Positions 43,600-57,015 of a stretch of 64,000 nucleotides of DNA are shown here, in pieces. The stretch comes from the human T2T-CHM13v2.0 reference genome, Homo sapiens, in the NCBI RefSeq assembly GCF_009914755.1, contig NC_060925.1. One strand, 5' to 3'. Under the pieces are notes generated by a model that was not told the origin of the DNA, did not search any database, and was given only the letters and a program-made list of their open reading frames with translations. Numbering within the stretch: position 1 is the first letter of the stretch; the number at the start of each line of letters is the position of its first letter. The translations under genes were made by a program, and so were the position numbers.

Positions 43600-45830
43600 C
43601 CAGCCACTTATGCTGCTGTTCTCCCCTCTCCTTCCCCTTTTGATGCATTCAGCAGTGTAAGACTGCCACCTCCTTGGGTTTTTGCACTGCATGCAATAAC
43701 TCCATGGTTTCCTTGTGATATTTAAAGGGGGTTCCCCCAGAGGTTAGGAACTCCCTTTCTTTCCATATTGCAGCATGGGGCATGTAGGAGTAGATAAGCA
43801 TACTTGCTATCTGTATACACATTTATTCTTTCTCCTTTTCCCAGTTCTAAGGCTCGGGTAAGTGCCATTAGTTCTGCTAACTGGGCACTGGTCCCTGGGG
43901 GAAGAGGCTTACTTTCAAGTACTATTACATCACTAACTATGGCATAACCTGCCTTTCATATCCTATTCTCCACAAATGAACTTCCATCGATATATAGGTT
44001 AAGGTCAGGATTAGCTAAGGGGAATTCTAAGAGAGCCTCTTGGGTGGCATAAGTCTGGACTATAATTTGTTGGCAGTCATGCTCGACTGGTTCTCCATCC
44101 TCTGGGAGAAAAGTGGCAGGGTTGAGGGCCACACACGTGCATATTTGAAGCACTGGTCCCTCAAGAAGTAGTGCCTGGTATCTGAGCAGGCAGTTGTCTG
44201 ATAACCATAAACTTCCTTTGGCATTTAGTATGCCATTTACATCATGAGAAGTCCAGACAGTGAAATCCTTTTCTTGTATTATTTTGATAGCCTCTGACAC
44301 TAAGATGGCCACCACTGCAATTACCCATAAACAGGCCAGCCTTTTGCTTTTATATCAATTTCCTTACTTAGGTATGCCACTGGTTGTGGGGTTATCCCAC
44401 GAGTCTGCGTAAGGACTCCAAGAGCTATTCCTGCTCTCTCTGTGACATATAAAGAAAAGTTTTGTCCTGTGGGAAGGCTTAAGGCTGGAGCTTGTACTAG
44501 GGCCTGCTTTAAGGTTTTGAAGGCTGTTTCTGCCTCTGGTTCCCATTCTACTATATGAGTATTTGCCCTCTGGGTCTCCTTGATTAGATTATAGAGGGGC
44601 CTGTCTATCTCGCTGTATCTGGGGATTCATAGTCAGCGAAAGCTGGCGATTCCAAGGAAACCCTGCAACTGTTTTAATGTCTTAGGGTGAGGATAAGCCA
44701 GTATAGGCTGTGTTCCTTCCTTTCTGAGGGCCCTGGTTCCTCTGGTTAAGATTAGGCCTAGATATTAGACTTGTTGTAGGCAGAGCTGGGCCTTCAATTT
44801 AGACACCTTGTACCCTTGATTAGCTAGAAAGTTCAAGAGATCTAGAGCAGCCTGCTGGCATGAGGCTTCCAAACTGGTAGCCAAAAGTAAATCATCCACA
44901 TACTGAAGGACCAGAGTGCCTGGACTTGAGAAGTAGCCTACATCTTGGGCCAGTGCCTGACCAAACAGATGAGGGCTATCCCTAAACCCTCGGGGCAAGA
45001 CCATCTACATAAGTTGGGACGTGTGGTCTGTGTGATCCTCAAAGGCAAAGAGAAACTGGGAGTCAGAGTGCAGGGGAATACAGAAGAAAGCATCCTTGAG
45101 GTCCAGAACAGTGAACCATTCTGCTTCCTCTGGTATTTGAGAGAGCAGAGTATAGGGATTGGGTACAGCTGAGTATAGAGGAATTACTGCCTCATTGATG
45201 AGTCTAAGATCTTGCACTAGTCTCCACTGACCATTCGGGTTTTGTACTCCTAGAATTGGGGTGTTGCAGGGACTGCTGCATTTTCTTACTAAGCCTTGAG
45301 CTTTTAAATGTCTAACAATATCCTGTAATCCTTTATGAGCTTCAGACCTTAAGGGATATTGCCTTTGATAATGAAAAGTGGTGGGGTCTTTTAGCCTGAT
45401 TTTGACCAGGCAGGCGTTTTTTGCCCTTCTGAATTGTCCTTCCAATGCCCAGACTTCAAGGTTGATTCCCTCCTCAAGCAGGAGACAACAAATGGGTAAT
45501 TTGTTCCCCATATTCATGTAGATAATAGCTCCAGCTTTGGCTAATATGTCCCTTCCTAATAAGGGTGTGGGACTTTCAGGCATAACAAGAAAGGCATGGG
45601 AAAAGAGCAAAGTCTCCCAATTACAACTGAGGAGGTGGAAGAAATACCTGGTTACAGGCCATCCCAGGATTCCTCAGATGGTAACAGATCTTGAGGACAG
45701 CTGTCCAGGACAGGAGATTAACATTGAGAAAGCTGTGCCAGTGTTCAGGAGGAAGTCAATTTCCTGGCCCTCAGTGGTTAAATGTACCCAGAACTCAGTG
45801 AGGGTAATGACATGAGCTGGCGCTTGCCCT
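43600..45830 (-). pseudogene. ERV9 pro-pol relic (protease, RT, RNase H; no integrase seen)
   Basis: IDFLLNTGTA (catalytic D to N), WRLVQDLR, LDLKDAFF, LPRGFRDSP, QYVDDLLL, LYIDGSSF; many stops and frameshifts. Confidence 0.92.
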
Positions 45831-45838
45831 GGGCACCC

Positions 45839-47270
45839 TCAGTCCTTTTGCTGGATCATCTGGTTGGGGGCTTCTGGCCCAGAGAACCTTTGCCTTCTGG
45901 GGTAGTGCACCTTCCAGTGATTGCCTCGGCATAGTGGACATGGGCAAGGGGGCAGCTTGTTTCTCGTTGGACAATCTTTTTTAAAGTGTCCTTGCAAACC
46001 ACAGTGATAAAAAGCCCTACCGGGTGATTGGCCTGCTCTATTTTCTGTCCTCTCTGAATCACCAAGGTTTGTTTGTCTGAGGGCCATGACTAAGGCTGCT
46101 GCCTTTCTCTGATCTCGTTTTTCGTTTTCAGCCTGTTCCTCTTGGTCCCTATTATAGAACACTGAGGTTGCCGGGTTTAATAATGCCTCCAGATTTTGTT
46201 CAGGGCCCAGAGCTCACTTTTGGAGCTTTCTCCTGATATCTGCGGCTGATTGGGTAACAAACTTATCTTTTAGGATCAATTGACCCTCAAGTGAGTTGGG
46301 TATCAGGGGAGTATATTTTCTTAAGGCCTCCTGTAGCTGCTCAAGGAAGGCAGAAGGATTTTCTTCCTTTCCCTGGGTTATGGTGGACATCACTGAATAA
46401 TTCATGGGCTTTTTCCTAATTCTCCTTAGTCCTTCTAGAACACAGTCGACAGATGTTTGTGACTCCAGTCCCCATGATCTGAGTCGAGGTCCCAGTGGGG
46501 ATCCATACTGGGGACAGCTTGCTGACCTGTAGGGAATTTGTCCCTTTCTTCAACTGCCATTCTGTCATTTACTTGACTAAGATACCAGGTATCTCCAAAC
46601 TCTCCAGCTACAGCTAAAGCCACATTCTTTTCATCAAAGGCCAGGGTTTGATCTAACAATAGCATGACATCTCTCCAAGTGAGATTGAAGGTTTGCCCTA
46701 GACCCTGTAGGACATCTATATACCTATCAGGATCATCTGAAACCTTCCCCAGGTCTGCCTTGATTTGCTTTAAATCAGAGAGGGAGAAGGGGACATGTAT
46801 CCAGGTTGGGCCAAATTCTCCTCCCCCTACAGGTTGAAGGGGACATAACTGATAGCCTGGGGGTTTTTGTGGTCCTTTGGAGATTTCTTTGGTTGTTTCC
46901 TTCTGGGTTGGGGAGATTAGAGGAGACTTATCATTAACAGCAAGGGGAGCTATATGGAGGCTAGGATATGGGGGTAAGCTGAGAGGTCCTCCTGTGGGAT
47001 GTAAATTGCAAGGTTTGCATAGTTGTGGATTGTCCTTCAATGAAAAGAAAGCTTGGACATAAGGTATTTCACTCCATTTGCCTTCCTTCTTACAGAAAAG
47101 GTCAAACTGCAGGATAGTATTGTAATTTATACTTCCCTCAGGTGGCCATTTTTCCCCAGCAGAGAGAGAATATTGGGGCAGGCCATAGTACAGAAAAAAA
47201 TAAGTCACTTCTTTTTCCGGGTTTGGGGGTCAAATTTGTCCCAATGGCTTAGGATGCATTTCAAGGGTGA
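45839..47270 (-). pseudogene. ERV9 gag relic
   Basis: WPPEGSINYNTILQFDLFC, QGKEENPSAFLEQL (MHR-like), zinc knuckle FYHCGLQGHFKKDC with the first Cys lost. Confidence 0.92.
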
Positions 47271-47350
47271 GCCTGTTGATGCCTGAGTGTTTCCCATCTG
47301 AAAGAAAAAACCGCCCACAGTTTTGGTTTGTATATTTTCCCCTGCCCCAC

Positions 47351-47580
47351 CCAAGAACCTGCAACGGTCCCTGGACCCTGCTGATCAGAATAGTTGCACT
47401 CACTGATGCAGCAGCAGAAACTCCTCTTGCCCAAGAACCCGCAACAGTCCCTGGACCCTGCTATTGGGATAGCTGCACTCACCGACGCAGCAGCAGATCC
47501 CTTTCTTGCCCAAGAACCCACAAAGGTCCCTGGACCCTGCTGATCAGAATAGTTGCGCTCACCAACGCAGCAGCAGAAAC
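47351..47580. repeat. Three ~80-bp tandem repeats in the ERV9 leader
   Basis: ccaagaacc...gtccctggaccctgct...gcagcagcaga at 47351, 47431 and 47510. Confidence 0.9.
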
Positions 47581-48534
47581 ATTAGTTTTCCTCTTAGACC
47601 GCAAAGAGGACCAAGGAAGGTCAGATTTAGTGGCCCTTACCGACACATTCTCGAAAACCTGTTAGAGTCCTAAGTGTTCTCCTGTTAGTATTGGGACCTT
47701 ACCCCTGTCCTATAAAGATGTTATGCCCCAAAAATGAAGTGGAGGGCCATACCCTGAGGGAGGGAAGGAATCTCCAGGGTTGGAAGAGTGACGCCTTTTG
47801 TCCTCACTTCTCATCATATGAATAGGAAGGATATCATTTCTGAGGCTCCCCATATCCTACCTTCAGGAATAGCTTTTGTTAGGCCTGCTAGTCTGAGGAG
47901 GGATCCTAAAATTCCAGGTAGTACCCCCCCTCCCTGATGGGACTTTGAGCAAAAATTATGTCTTTCTGACTGGTGAGCCCGGGTGCCTAAAGAAGGGAGC
48001 AGAGTCCTGAAGTTTATACTAGAAATCATTCTTATAGGAGAAACTAGAAAAGCACCAGAGACAGGGAGTGGTTTTTAGAAGCAGGACTAGCCTCGGAGAA
48101 GAGAGGTGAGAGGAAGTTTGTCTGACAGGCATTAGGACCCAGGAGGCAAGGGTCAGGATAGATAGGGTAGATGGGGGAGTCTCACTTGGGTGACGTGACT
48201 TTGAGAGTTCTGCTCATGGCTACAGGGTCAACCAACTTTTTGTCAGGACCCCGGAGCTGAATGGCTTTCCTCTCTGTCGACCCTCGGCTCAGCCTGGAAG
48301 TACAGGAAAAGCAGAAGCTGGTTCCAGGAAAACCAATGCTCCCAACTCCGAAGAGTTGGGTGTTGTTAGAGAGCCCTTTCCCAGAAAGCCTGACACCCGT
48401 GTGTTTAGTCCAGTGGCCGCACTAGTTGCTTTTAACTGGCTGACAGGTGCCAATGTTTAGCCCCTGAATTCTAAGGAAAAATACGACAGAATAACAAGCG
48501 AAAGAGGTCTGATGGTACGAACCACTTGGCAATA

Positions 48535-48552
48535 GTCGCATCTGGGTCACCA
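48535..48552 (-). other. Primer-binding site, tRNA-Arg
   Basis: TGGTGACCCAGATGCGAC is 16/18 to TGGCGACCCAGATGGGAC, the recalled complement of the tRNA-Arg(CCG) 3' end; 3 nt from the 5' LTR. Confidence 0.85.
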
Positions 48553-48555
48553 AGA

Positions 48556-48983
48556 TGTGTCCGGAGTTGGTTCCTTTCGGTGAATTCTTGGTCTCGCTGA
48601 CTTCAAGAATGAAGCTGTGGACTTTCGCAGTGAGTGTCACAGCTCTTAAAGGTGGCATGGACCCAAAGAGTGAGCAGCAGCAAGATTTATTGTGAAGAGT
48701 GAAAGAACAAAGCTTCCACAGTGTGGAAGGGGACCCAAGTGGGTTGCTGCTGCTGGCTGGGGTGGCCCGTTTTTATTCCCTTATTTGTCTTCACCCACAT
48801 CCTGCTGATTGGTCCATTTTACAGAGTGCCAATTGGCCCATTTTACAGAGTGCTGATTGGTGCATTTACAGTCCTTTAGCTAGACACAGAGCACTGACTG
48901 GTGTGTTTACAATCCTCTAGCTAGACAGAAAAGTTCTCCAAGTCCCCACTCGACCTGGGAAGTCCAACTGGCTTCAACTCTCA
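48556..48983 (-). mobile_element. 5' LTR (428 bp, 4 U3 units)
   Basis: Homologous to the 3' LTR but 132 bp shorter. Confidence 0.93.
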
Positions 48984-50506
48984 CTACCTGTGATGTCTGT
49001 AGAATATGTAATGGAGCTCCTGTTTCATTCTTAATATGGGTAGCAATTTGTGCCTTTTCTTGTCAGTCTTGCTAGAGATTTGCCTATTTTATTGATCTTC
49101 TTAAAGAACCAGTATTTTTGTTTCATTGATTTTTCTCTATTGCTTTTCTGTTTTCAATTTTATTGATTTCTGCTCTTATCTTTATTATTTCTTTTCTTTT
49201 GTTTGCTTTGGATTTATTTTGCCCTTTTCTTTCTAAGTTCTTGAGGTAAAAGTTTAGATTATTGATTTGAGACTTTTCCCTTTTTCTAATATATGCATTT
49301 GATACATGTATTAGGAAAAACAAACATTTTCTTCTGAGTACTGACTTATCTCTGTACTACAAATTTTGATATGTTGTATTCTCATTTTTATTCAGTTCAA
49401 TGAATGTGTTTATTTATTTATGGTGTTAATGTTTCCACTGTAATAGATTTGTCTCTTTCTCCTTTCAGTTCTATCAGTTTTTGTTTCCCATATTTTGTAG
49501 CTTTTATGTTTGTGCATGTGACTTCTTCTTTGACTCATGAATTACACAGACATATGTTGTTTAGTTTCTAAGTGTTTGGAGATTTTCTTCTTAATTTTAT
49601 GTTTTTCATTTCTAGCTTTACTCCATTGTTTTTGGAGAACATACTTTGTGTGTTTTCAATTGTTTTTAATTTGTTTAGGTTTGTTTTATGGGCCAGGATG
49701 TAGACTATCTCGGTAAATGTGCCGTGGATACTTGGAAAAAAAATATGTGTTCTTCTGTTAAATGGAGTGTTGTATAAATGTCTATTAGTTCTTGGTGGCG
49801 GATGGTGTTGAGTTCTATATCCTTGATGACTTTCTATTTGTTCTATCAATTGTTGAGAGAATGGTGTTCATGTCTTCACTCTAATAGATTTTTCTATTTC
49901 TCCTTTCAGTTCTATCAGTTTTTGCTTCCCAAATTTTGTAGCTTTTATGTTTGTGCATGTGTCTGTTTTAGTGCACCAAATGTAAAGAGAGGTTTAGTTA
50001 AAATAAAGGCATGAACTTTGTTCTGTGGGTTGACCAGCTGACACAACTGTGCCAGGTACTGGGAAGGAGAGGCACTGCAAGTGTAAAGGGCAAGCACTTG
50101 CATCTCTGGGCAAATCGTCACTCACTGGACACCTCTCAGTCTGGCCGAAGTCCCTGAAATGTATCTCTTATGGTGGAAGTCTCCAAGTTCTCCGTGTCAC
50201 TTATCATCATTACTACCTTGAAATGAAGTCAACTCCAATGTTCTTTATAAGGGCTCTTAAAAATGAGTTATTAAATGTGAATTGATTTGCTTAAGTCATA
50301 ATTTAAAAAACAAAAGCTAATTTAAAAATCTGTCATGTATTGTCATTATTAAATGTTATATATAACATTTTCCATATTAACTTCCCTACTTCCTCATAAG
50401 AATATTTTCACCTACAAGGAAAAAGTGTAATCCTAAAGATGTGACCATTTTTTGAAGGGTTAGCTTTCCTTCCTTTTTATGATAATAACACAATAAATGT
50501 TTTTAA

Positions 50507-50853
<347 letters not shown>

Positions 50854-51055
50854 TCCTCATGACTTTTTTGCTTTCTTATTTATTATAATATTCTTTAGGA
50901 AATGAGTTTAAACTGGACATTATTTGTATTGAAGAAGGAAGTTCTGGATAGTAGGAATTAAGGGCCTTTGCTTGTTACCACACCATAAGGTGGCCAAGTC
51001 CAAGCTAGGGAATTGCTGCTTCTTCATTTCAAGAAGTCCTTGTCTTTTGGTTTCC

Positions 51056-51996
51056 TGTGTGAATGGAAAACAAATCTTGGGACCCCAAAATCACTAAGCC
51101 AAAGGGAAAAGTCAAGATGGGAACTGCTTCACACAAATCTGCTTCCCATTCAAAGATAAAAAGCTACATACCTTCCTCACAGTTTGCCCCCACTAGGAAA
51201 TTCCTTGTGGACCCCAAGATCTTTACTCTAAAACAGTTCTGTCAAATTTCACCCTGATGATGTAAATTGATAGTTTATCTTCACAGGTACAGGTCAAAGG
51301 ACAGAACTCAAGATCATCCCTCTGCTCACCTGAGACCAATGCATGTCTGACTGCTCCCTCTTGCCCTATGCTTATTTTATCTTAGTAAAAATGCAGATTC
51401 ATTGAGCTTGATGAATGCATAAGTGGCTATTCTTCTACCCCCTCACATGTGAAGACCTGATCAAAGACTCAAAAGAATGTAATCGTTTGTCTCTTATCTA
51501 CCCACACCTTTTAAAAATTTATTCCTCTTTCTGCAGTATCTGCTCTTTCTCCTTTAAATATTGAAGCCCTCAAAATCATCTTTGGAGAAAGGCACAGACC
51601 TGTCTCCCAGGTGTGTGACCTTAACCTTGGCAAAATAAACTTCTAAACTGATTGAGACCTGGCCAGGCATGGTGGCTCATGCCTGTAATCCAAGTACTTT
51701 GCAAGGCCAAGGCGGGCAGATCACCTGAGTTCAGAAGTTTGAGACCAGCCTGGCCAACATGGCAAAACCCTGTCTCTACTAAAAATACAAAAATTAGCCA
51801 GGCGTGGTGGTGGGCGCCTGTAATCCCAGCTACTCAGGAGGCTGAGGCAGGGAGAATTGCTTGAACAAGGGAGGTGGAGGTTGCAGTGAGCCGCGATCGT
51901 GCCATTGCACTCCAGCTTGGGCAACAGAGTCAGATTCCATCTCAAAAAAAAAAAAATTTGATTGAGACCTGTTTCAGATATTTTTTGGTTTGCACA
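51056..51996 (+). mobile_element. MER4-family ERV1 solo LTR interrupted by an Alu
   Basis: tgtgaatggaaaacaaatcttgggaccccaaaatcactaagccaaagggaaaagtcaag...aataaacttctaaactgattgagacct; flanks ttcc/tgcc. Confidence 0.85.
51661..51956 (+). mobile_element. AluSx/Sq-like
   Basis: Full Alu; TSD tgattgagacct. Confidence 0.93.
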
Positions 51997-52729
51997 TGCC
52001 ATTCAGGAGACCATATTTTTCAAAGTATTGGGCAGCTACTTTCTGTTAGGCTCAGAGGGAGACAGATAAAGGAGGCAGAGGTTTTGCTTTTAAGCAGTTG
52101 ACAATCCTAAAGCCTCAAAGTGCTACCATTTGAATACTAGTGGTTCTAGGCAAATTCTGAACTGCTCTTGTTGTCTTCACCCACTCGGACCTCAGCAGAA
52201 AGAATCACTGAGGAGGTAAAGAGTGGAAAGATGGATTGTGATTATATGATGTTGATGCATGATTCAGTGAAATATAAAGTAAGGAAACAGGGACTGTCTG
52301 TAAACTGTGCTACTTAAAAAGAAATGACATGTTTCCCAGTCCTTCTAGGGCACTTAAAATGTCATTTGATTATAAAGTTAAATGTATAGACAGGTCTCAG
52401 GGAAAATATGTATTGAGTTTTCAAAACCCTTTTAATCCACTGTACCCAGTGGCTAATTTTGAGGAAGCAGAGTCTTGACAAGGTTGTTTCCTGCCAAGCA
52501 GGCTGTGGGGAGGTACTTGGGCAACTGCTTGGTTTACTTTTTAAGCAGGTGTTTCGCTTGGCATGCGGTCTCTCTTTGGGAAATGGCTGGTCCTGCAGGC
52601 CCTTACATAACCTTCTTCTCAGACAAGTCCTGCCCCGCCCTTCATGCCATGGCTCTTGCAGCCCACAGTCTGTTTAAATCTTTGATGTCTCTTAAGATGC
52701 AGGGCCACAGCCCCTATGAAGAGCTCCTA

Positions 52730-53632
<903 letters not shown>

Positions 53633-53659
53633 TAAGTTAATTCTTATAAAGATGTTTAG

Positions 53660-54180
53660 AACAACTCAAAGGTCCATCAATGGATAAATGATTAAAAAGC
53701 TGAGTGCATATATGAATTTTGTTTATATATGTTTATATAATTTTTGACATTTTGTTTATCTACTTATCCATTGATGAATTCCCTCTTTAAAAGGAAATTC
53801 CTTCCTAAAAAAGAATGAAATTTGGATTCATGCTACAACGTGTATGAAACGTGAAGACATTATGCCATGTGAAATAAGCCAGACACAAGAGGACAAATAC
53901 TGTGTGATTCTACTTATATGAAGTATCTAGAATAGTCAAATACATAGTGACAGAAAGCAGAATAGTGGCCAGGAGAGGCTCGGGGAAAGGGGACATTGGG
54001 AATCATGGTTTAATGGGTACAGAGTTTCAGTTTGGGATGATCAAAAAAGTTCAGGAGATGAACAGTGGTCAAGATTACAAAACGATGTGAATGTATTTAA
54101 TTATGCTGAACTGTACACTTAAACAATGATAAGTTATCTAGTATTTTTTACTACATCAAAAAATAGAGTTAAAAAAAAGT
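53660..54180 (+). mobile_element. L1MB-type 3' fragment
   Basis: gtgaaataagccagacacaagaggacaaatactg...gtttaatgggtacagagtttcagtttggg...ctgaactgtacactt. Confidence 0.85.
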
Positions 54181-54494
54181 GCTCCGAAGAATGTCTGATA
54201 CATAGTAAGTTCTCTGTATGAGTTATCTGTGGTATCTCTTGCTTACTGATGTTGCTCTTTAACACTTGCATTTTCACTCGGCATTCAGTTTGATGTCATC
54301 TCTTCAATTTCGGGGCAAGGATCTCATCATAATTTGCCTTGTCCTTCACAGACCTGACAGTGTACTTTGCATGTAGTTGGACCCTGTAAATCATTGACTG
54401 GTAGTGCAAATTCCAAATGGCCTGTTTCATAATGATGTGACCTATGCTGTTACTCCAGTGGAGTTTATCTCAGTGTTTTCTCTGTGGGAGGCTG

Positions 54495-54690
54495 TTAGCA
54501 TGGTGACTAAGAGCTAGGATCTGAAGTCAAGCAGATCTGAGTTTAAATTCCAGTTTTGCCGTTTACTAGCTGTGTACCTTTGGAGAAGTCACTCAGTCTG
54601 TCTCAGCTTCTATTCAATTGTGACTAGGATCAATAATACCTACTTTCACATAGTTACTGTAATGATTAAAATGAAATAAAGGGTAGTTAA
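54495..54690 (+). mobile_element. MIR
   Basis: tttactagctgtgtacctttggagaagtcactcagtctgtctcagcttc. Confidence 0.75.
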
Positions 54691-56880
54691 TATAAACATT
54701 TTTTATCCTAGGCAACACTACCACCTTGACTTCAACACTCAGAGAGACAATTTCTGAAACCAGCCTTTTGCTTGTAGTGGGTGCCAATCTCTGCACTACT
54801 GTGGATGTTTCTGCAGCAAAGGATAATGTCTTGAGACCCTAACTACTCAGGTGGATTGTGGGACTTAATGTGCTTCCTAGACCCAGCAGAGTCAGATGTA
54901 CCAGGAAAATTCTAAAAGCCCTAGCAGAGGGAGAAAAGAAGCTTTCTTAACTCAGAGGGAGTTTCCACTTAATGCCGACAGCTACTCTTAGGTGTGAGTG
55001 GCGGCTCAGAGGCTGCAGGGGAGGCAATGCTAAGCATAGTTAGAGCGAAAAGGCTGGGCCTTTCTCCAAAGTCCCTAAGAGATGGAGAGAAGAGGAATTA
55101 CTGGCCTACCCAGCCCTAAAGTACACACACGAGGAGCAGATACATTGTTCAAAGGCTGAACCTGTTTTTTTAAAAAAACGATGTCTGGTGTGAATGACTT
55201 TGATAGCAGCCAGGAACAGGAAGTAGAGTGGCAGCTGCACAGATGAATCCCCGAGAACTGAGTTTTTCCTGTAGCAGGAACCAGATCTGGGCAGATTAAA
55301 TCTTGCTCTCTCTGAAACACCTTGGGGAGACTTGTTCCCAGAGTGAAGAATGGGGCATTCTCTTAGCTGACAGAAGGGGCACATGGCCATCCCGAGAGGT
55401 GAGTGTTGGGGAACAAATGAGGTTATCTTGGAACTGGCATTCCAGGAAGTCTAGAAAGTGTCCTGAGCAAATAAAATACACTTGTGGACTGGAAGGAGAC
55501 CTCTGATTTTACAACATGTGAGGAGACTCCAGAATACAAAGCAAAGAGAGAGAGAGCAAGCTGAGAAAAAAAGAGGGAGAGCAAAAGTGTCAAGAGAACA
55601 CACTTGATGTGGAGCAGTTAAGAAGAAAGAGGCCAGAGGACTGTACCCATGCTGTTGCACAGAGCACTTACCACCTGACCAGGAGCCACTGACACCAACC
55701 CCTGCCATCTGTTGCCATTTCTCTGGCTGTCATGCACCTGGTGGTACAGAGGTACTCTGTATGTGTCAGCCATGGCCTCAAACACAGATGAGTTCCATTT
55801 TCCTGTCCATGGAAAATATGCGTAGCTAATCTTCCAAAGAACTTTACATTTCAAAGCTCCTATGTCTAACTTATGAATCTGCTCTTAATCATTACCCATA
55901 GCTTGAGAACTGTCGCCCTAACCCAACTTTAAGAGATGTTTATCTGTGTCACTAAAGACATCAATTCTCATAAATGGTGCAGAGATGCATATAGATATAT
56001 GTCTATATATAGCAGGTTACCAAGTAGAATGTGCAGTGTGTAATCTTAACCATGAAAAAAAAATGCTCAAGAAAAAAAGACTAGAAAGTTAGCTTATAGG
56101 AGTTATATTCACTTCCTTCTCGATACCTGATACGTACTATAGTTTCCAAATTTTTAGAAGTGAAGAGATTACTTTTAGAATCTGTTTCTTTCTTTCTTTC
56201 TTTCTTTCTCTCAATATGTTTTATATGTAAGTTTCAAAGAAAAAAAGAAATTTCCCACAGCTGCCAAAGCCACATTTCCCTTCAAAGCAAGATGAACAGC
56301 CAAGAACTCCTTTCTCTGGGCCATGGATGGGTAGAAGGGTGGTGGGATTGGCAATGACCATCTATTTCTTAAACAGTGGCCTTGAAGGCCATGATGAGCA
56401 ACAGGCTTCTTGGAAGAAAGGTGTGATATTAATTCAGGGCTTCCTAAATTATATTTTAATTTCATAATAGAAACAATACGCGTAGAGTTTCAAAAACACA
56501 TTCTCACACTTTTCAAAGCAAGTGTCAAATTACTAAGATAACCTGGGTTTTAATCTCTTCTATTACACATTATTAGTACCGCTAGACTATCAATTTAATT
56601 TGGCATATATTTGCTACTTATTATTTACAAGGCAGTTTGCAGAAATGCAAAGCTGAACTTTAATCCAGTGGAAGGGAAAATACAGGTAGATACATAACAA
56701 TATCACAAGTCAATATATACAATAAATTTGGCAAAAGGCAGTAAAAATGCTGTAGGATTAGTATAATAACTTTTTATACTTTCTGAATCCTTTGTAGTCA
56801 ATATGAGAATTATAAATATAACAATTTGAACTTTCTAAGCAGTCAGTTGAGTATTTGATGACTAAAAAACTCCCTGGTCA

Positions 56881-57015
56881 GAAGGCTGAGGCCAGGAGGA
56901 TTGCTTGAACCCAAGAGGCGGAGGTTGCAGTGAGCTGAGATTGAGCCACTGCACTCCAGCCTGGGTGACAGAGTAAGACTCCATCTCAAAAGAAAAAATA
57001 ATAAAATAAAATAAA
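56881..57015 (+). mobile_element. Alu right monomer (5'-truncated Alu or FRAM)
   Basis: ggctgaggccaggaggattgcttgaacc...actccatctc plus A-rich tail. Confidence 0.85.

Larger units (their letters stand above)
41957..48983 (-). mobile_element. ERV9/HERV9 provirus with two LTR12(F)-like LTRs, internally deleted (7027 bp)
   Basis: LTRs TGAGAG(G/T)TGAAGCCAG...GGACACA; perfect 4-bp TSD CTAC at 41953-41956 and 48984-48987; PBS, PPT, gag, pro, pol and env relics. Confidence 0.95.

Noticed and set aside
47351-47580. Regularly spaced repeats resembling a CRISPR array (also the LTR U3 units and the triple TSD at 1922-2906)
   Set aside because: Tandem retroviral repeats or TSDs in primate DNA; no unique spacers of constant length and no cas genes.
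41957-48983. Assignment as HERV-W/syncytin or as an intact retrovirus
   Set aside because: LTRs are LTR12-type with an Arg PBS; protease has D to N, integrase is absent and all genes are interrupted.
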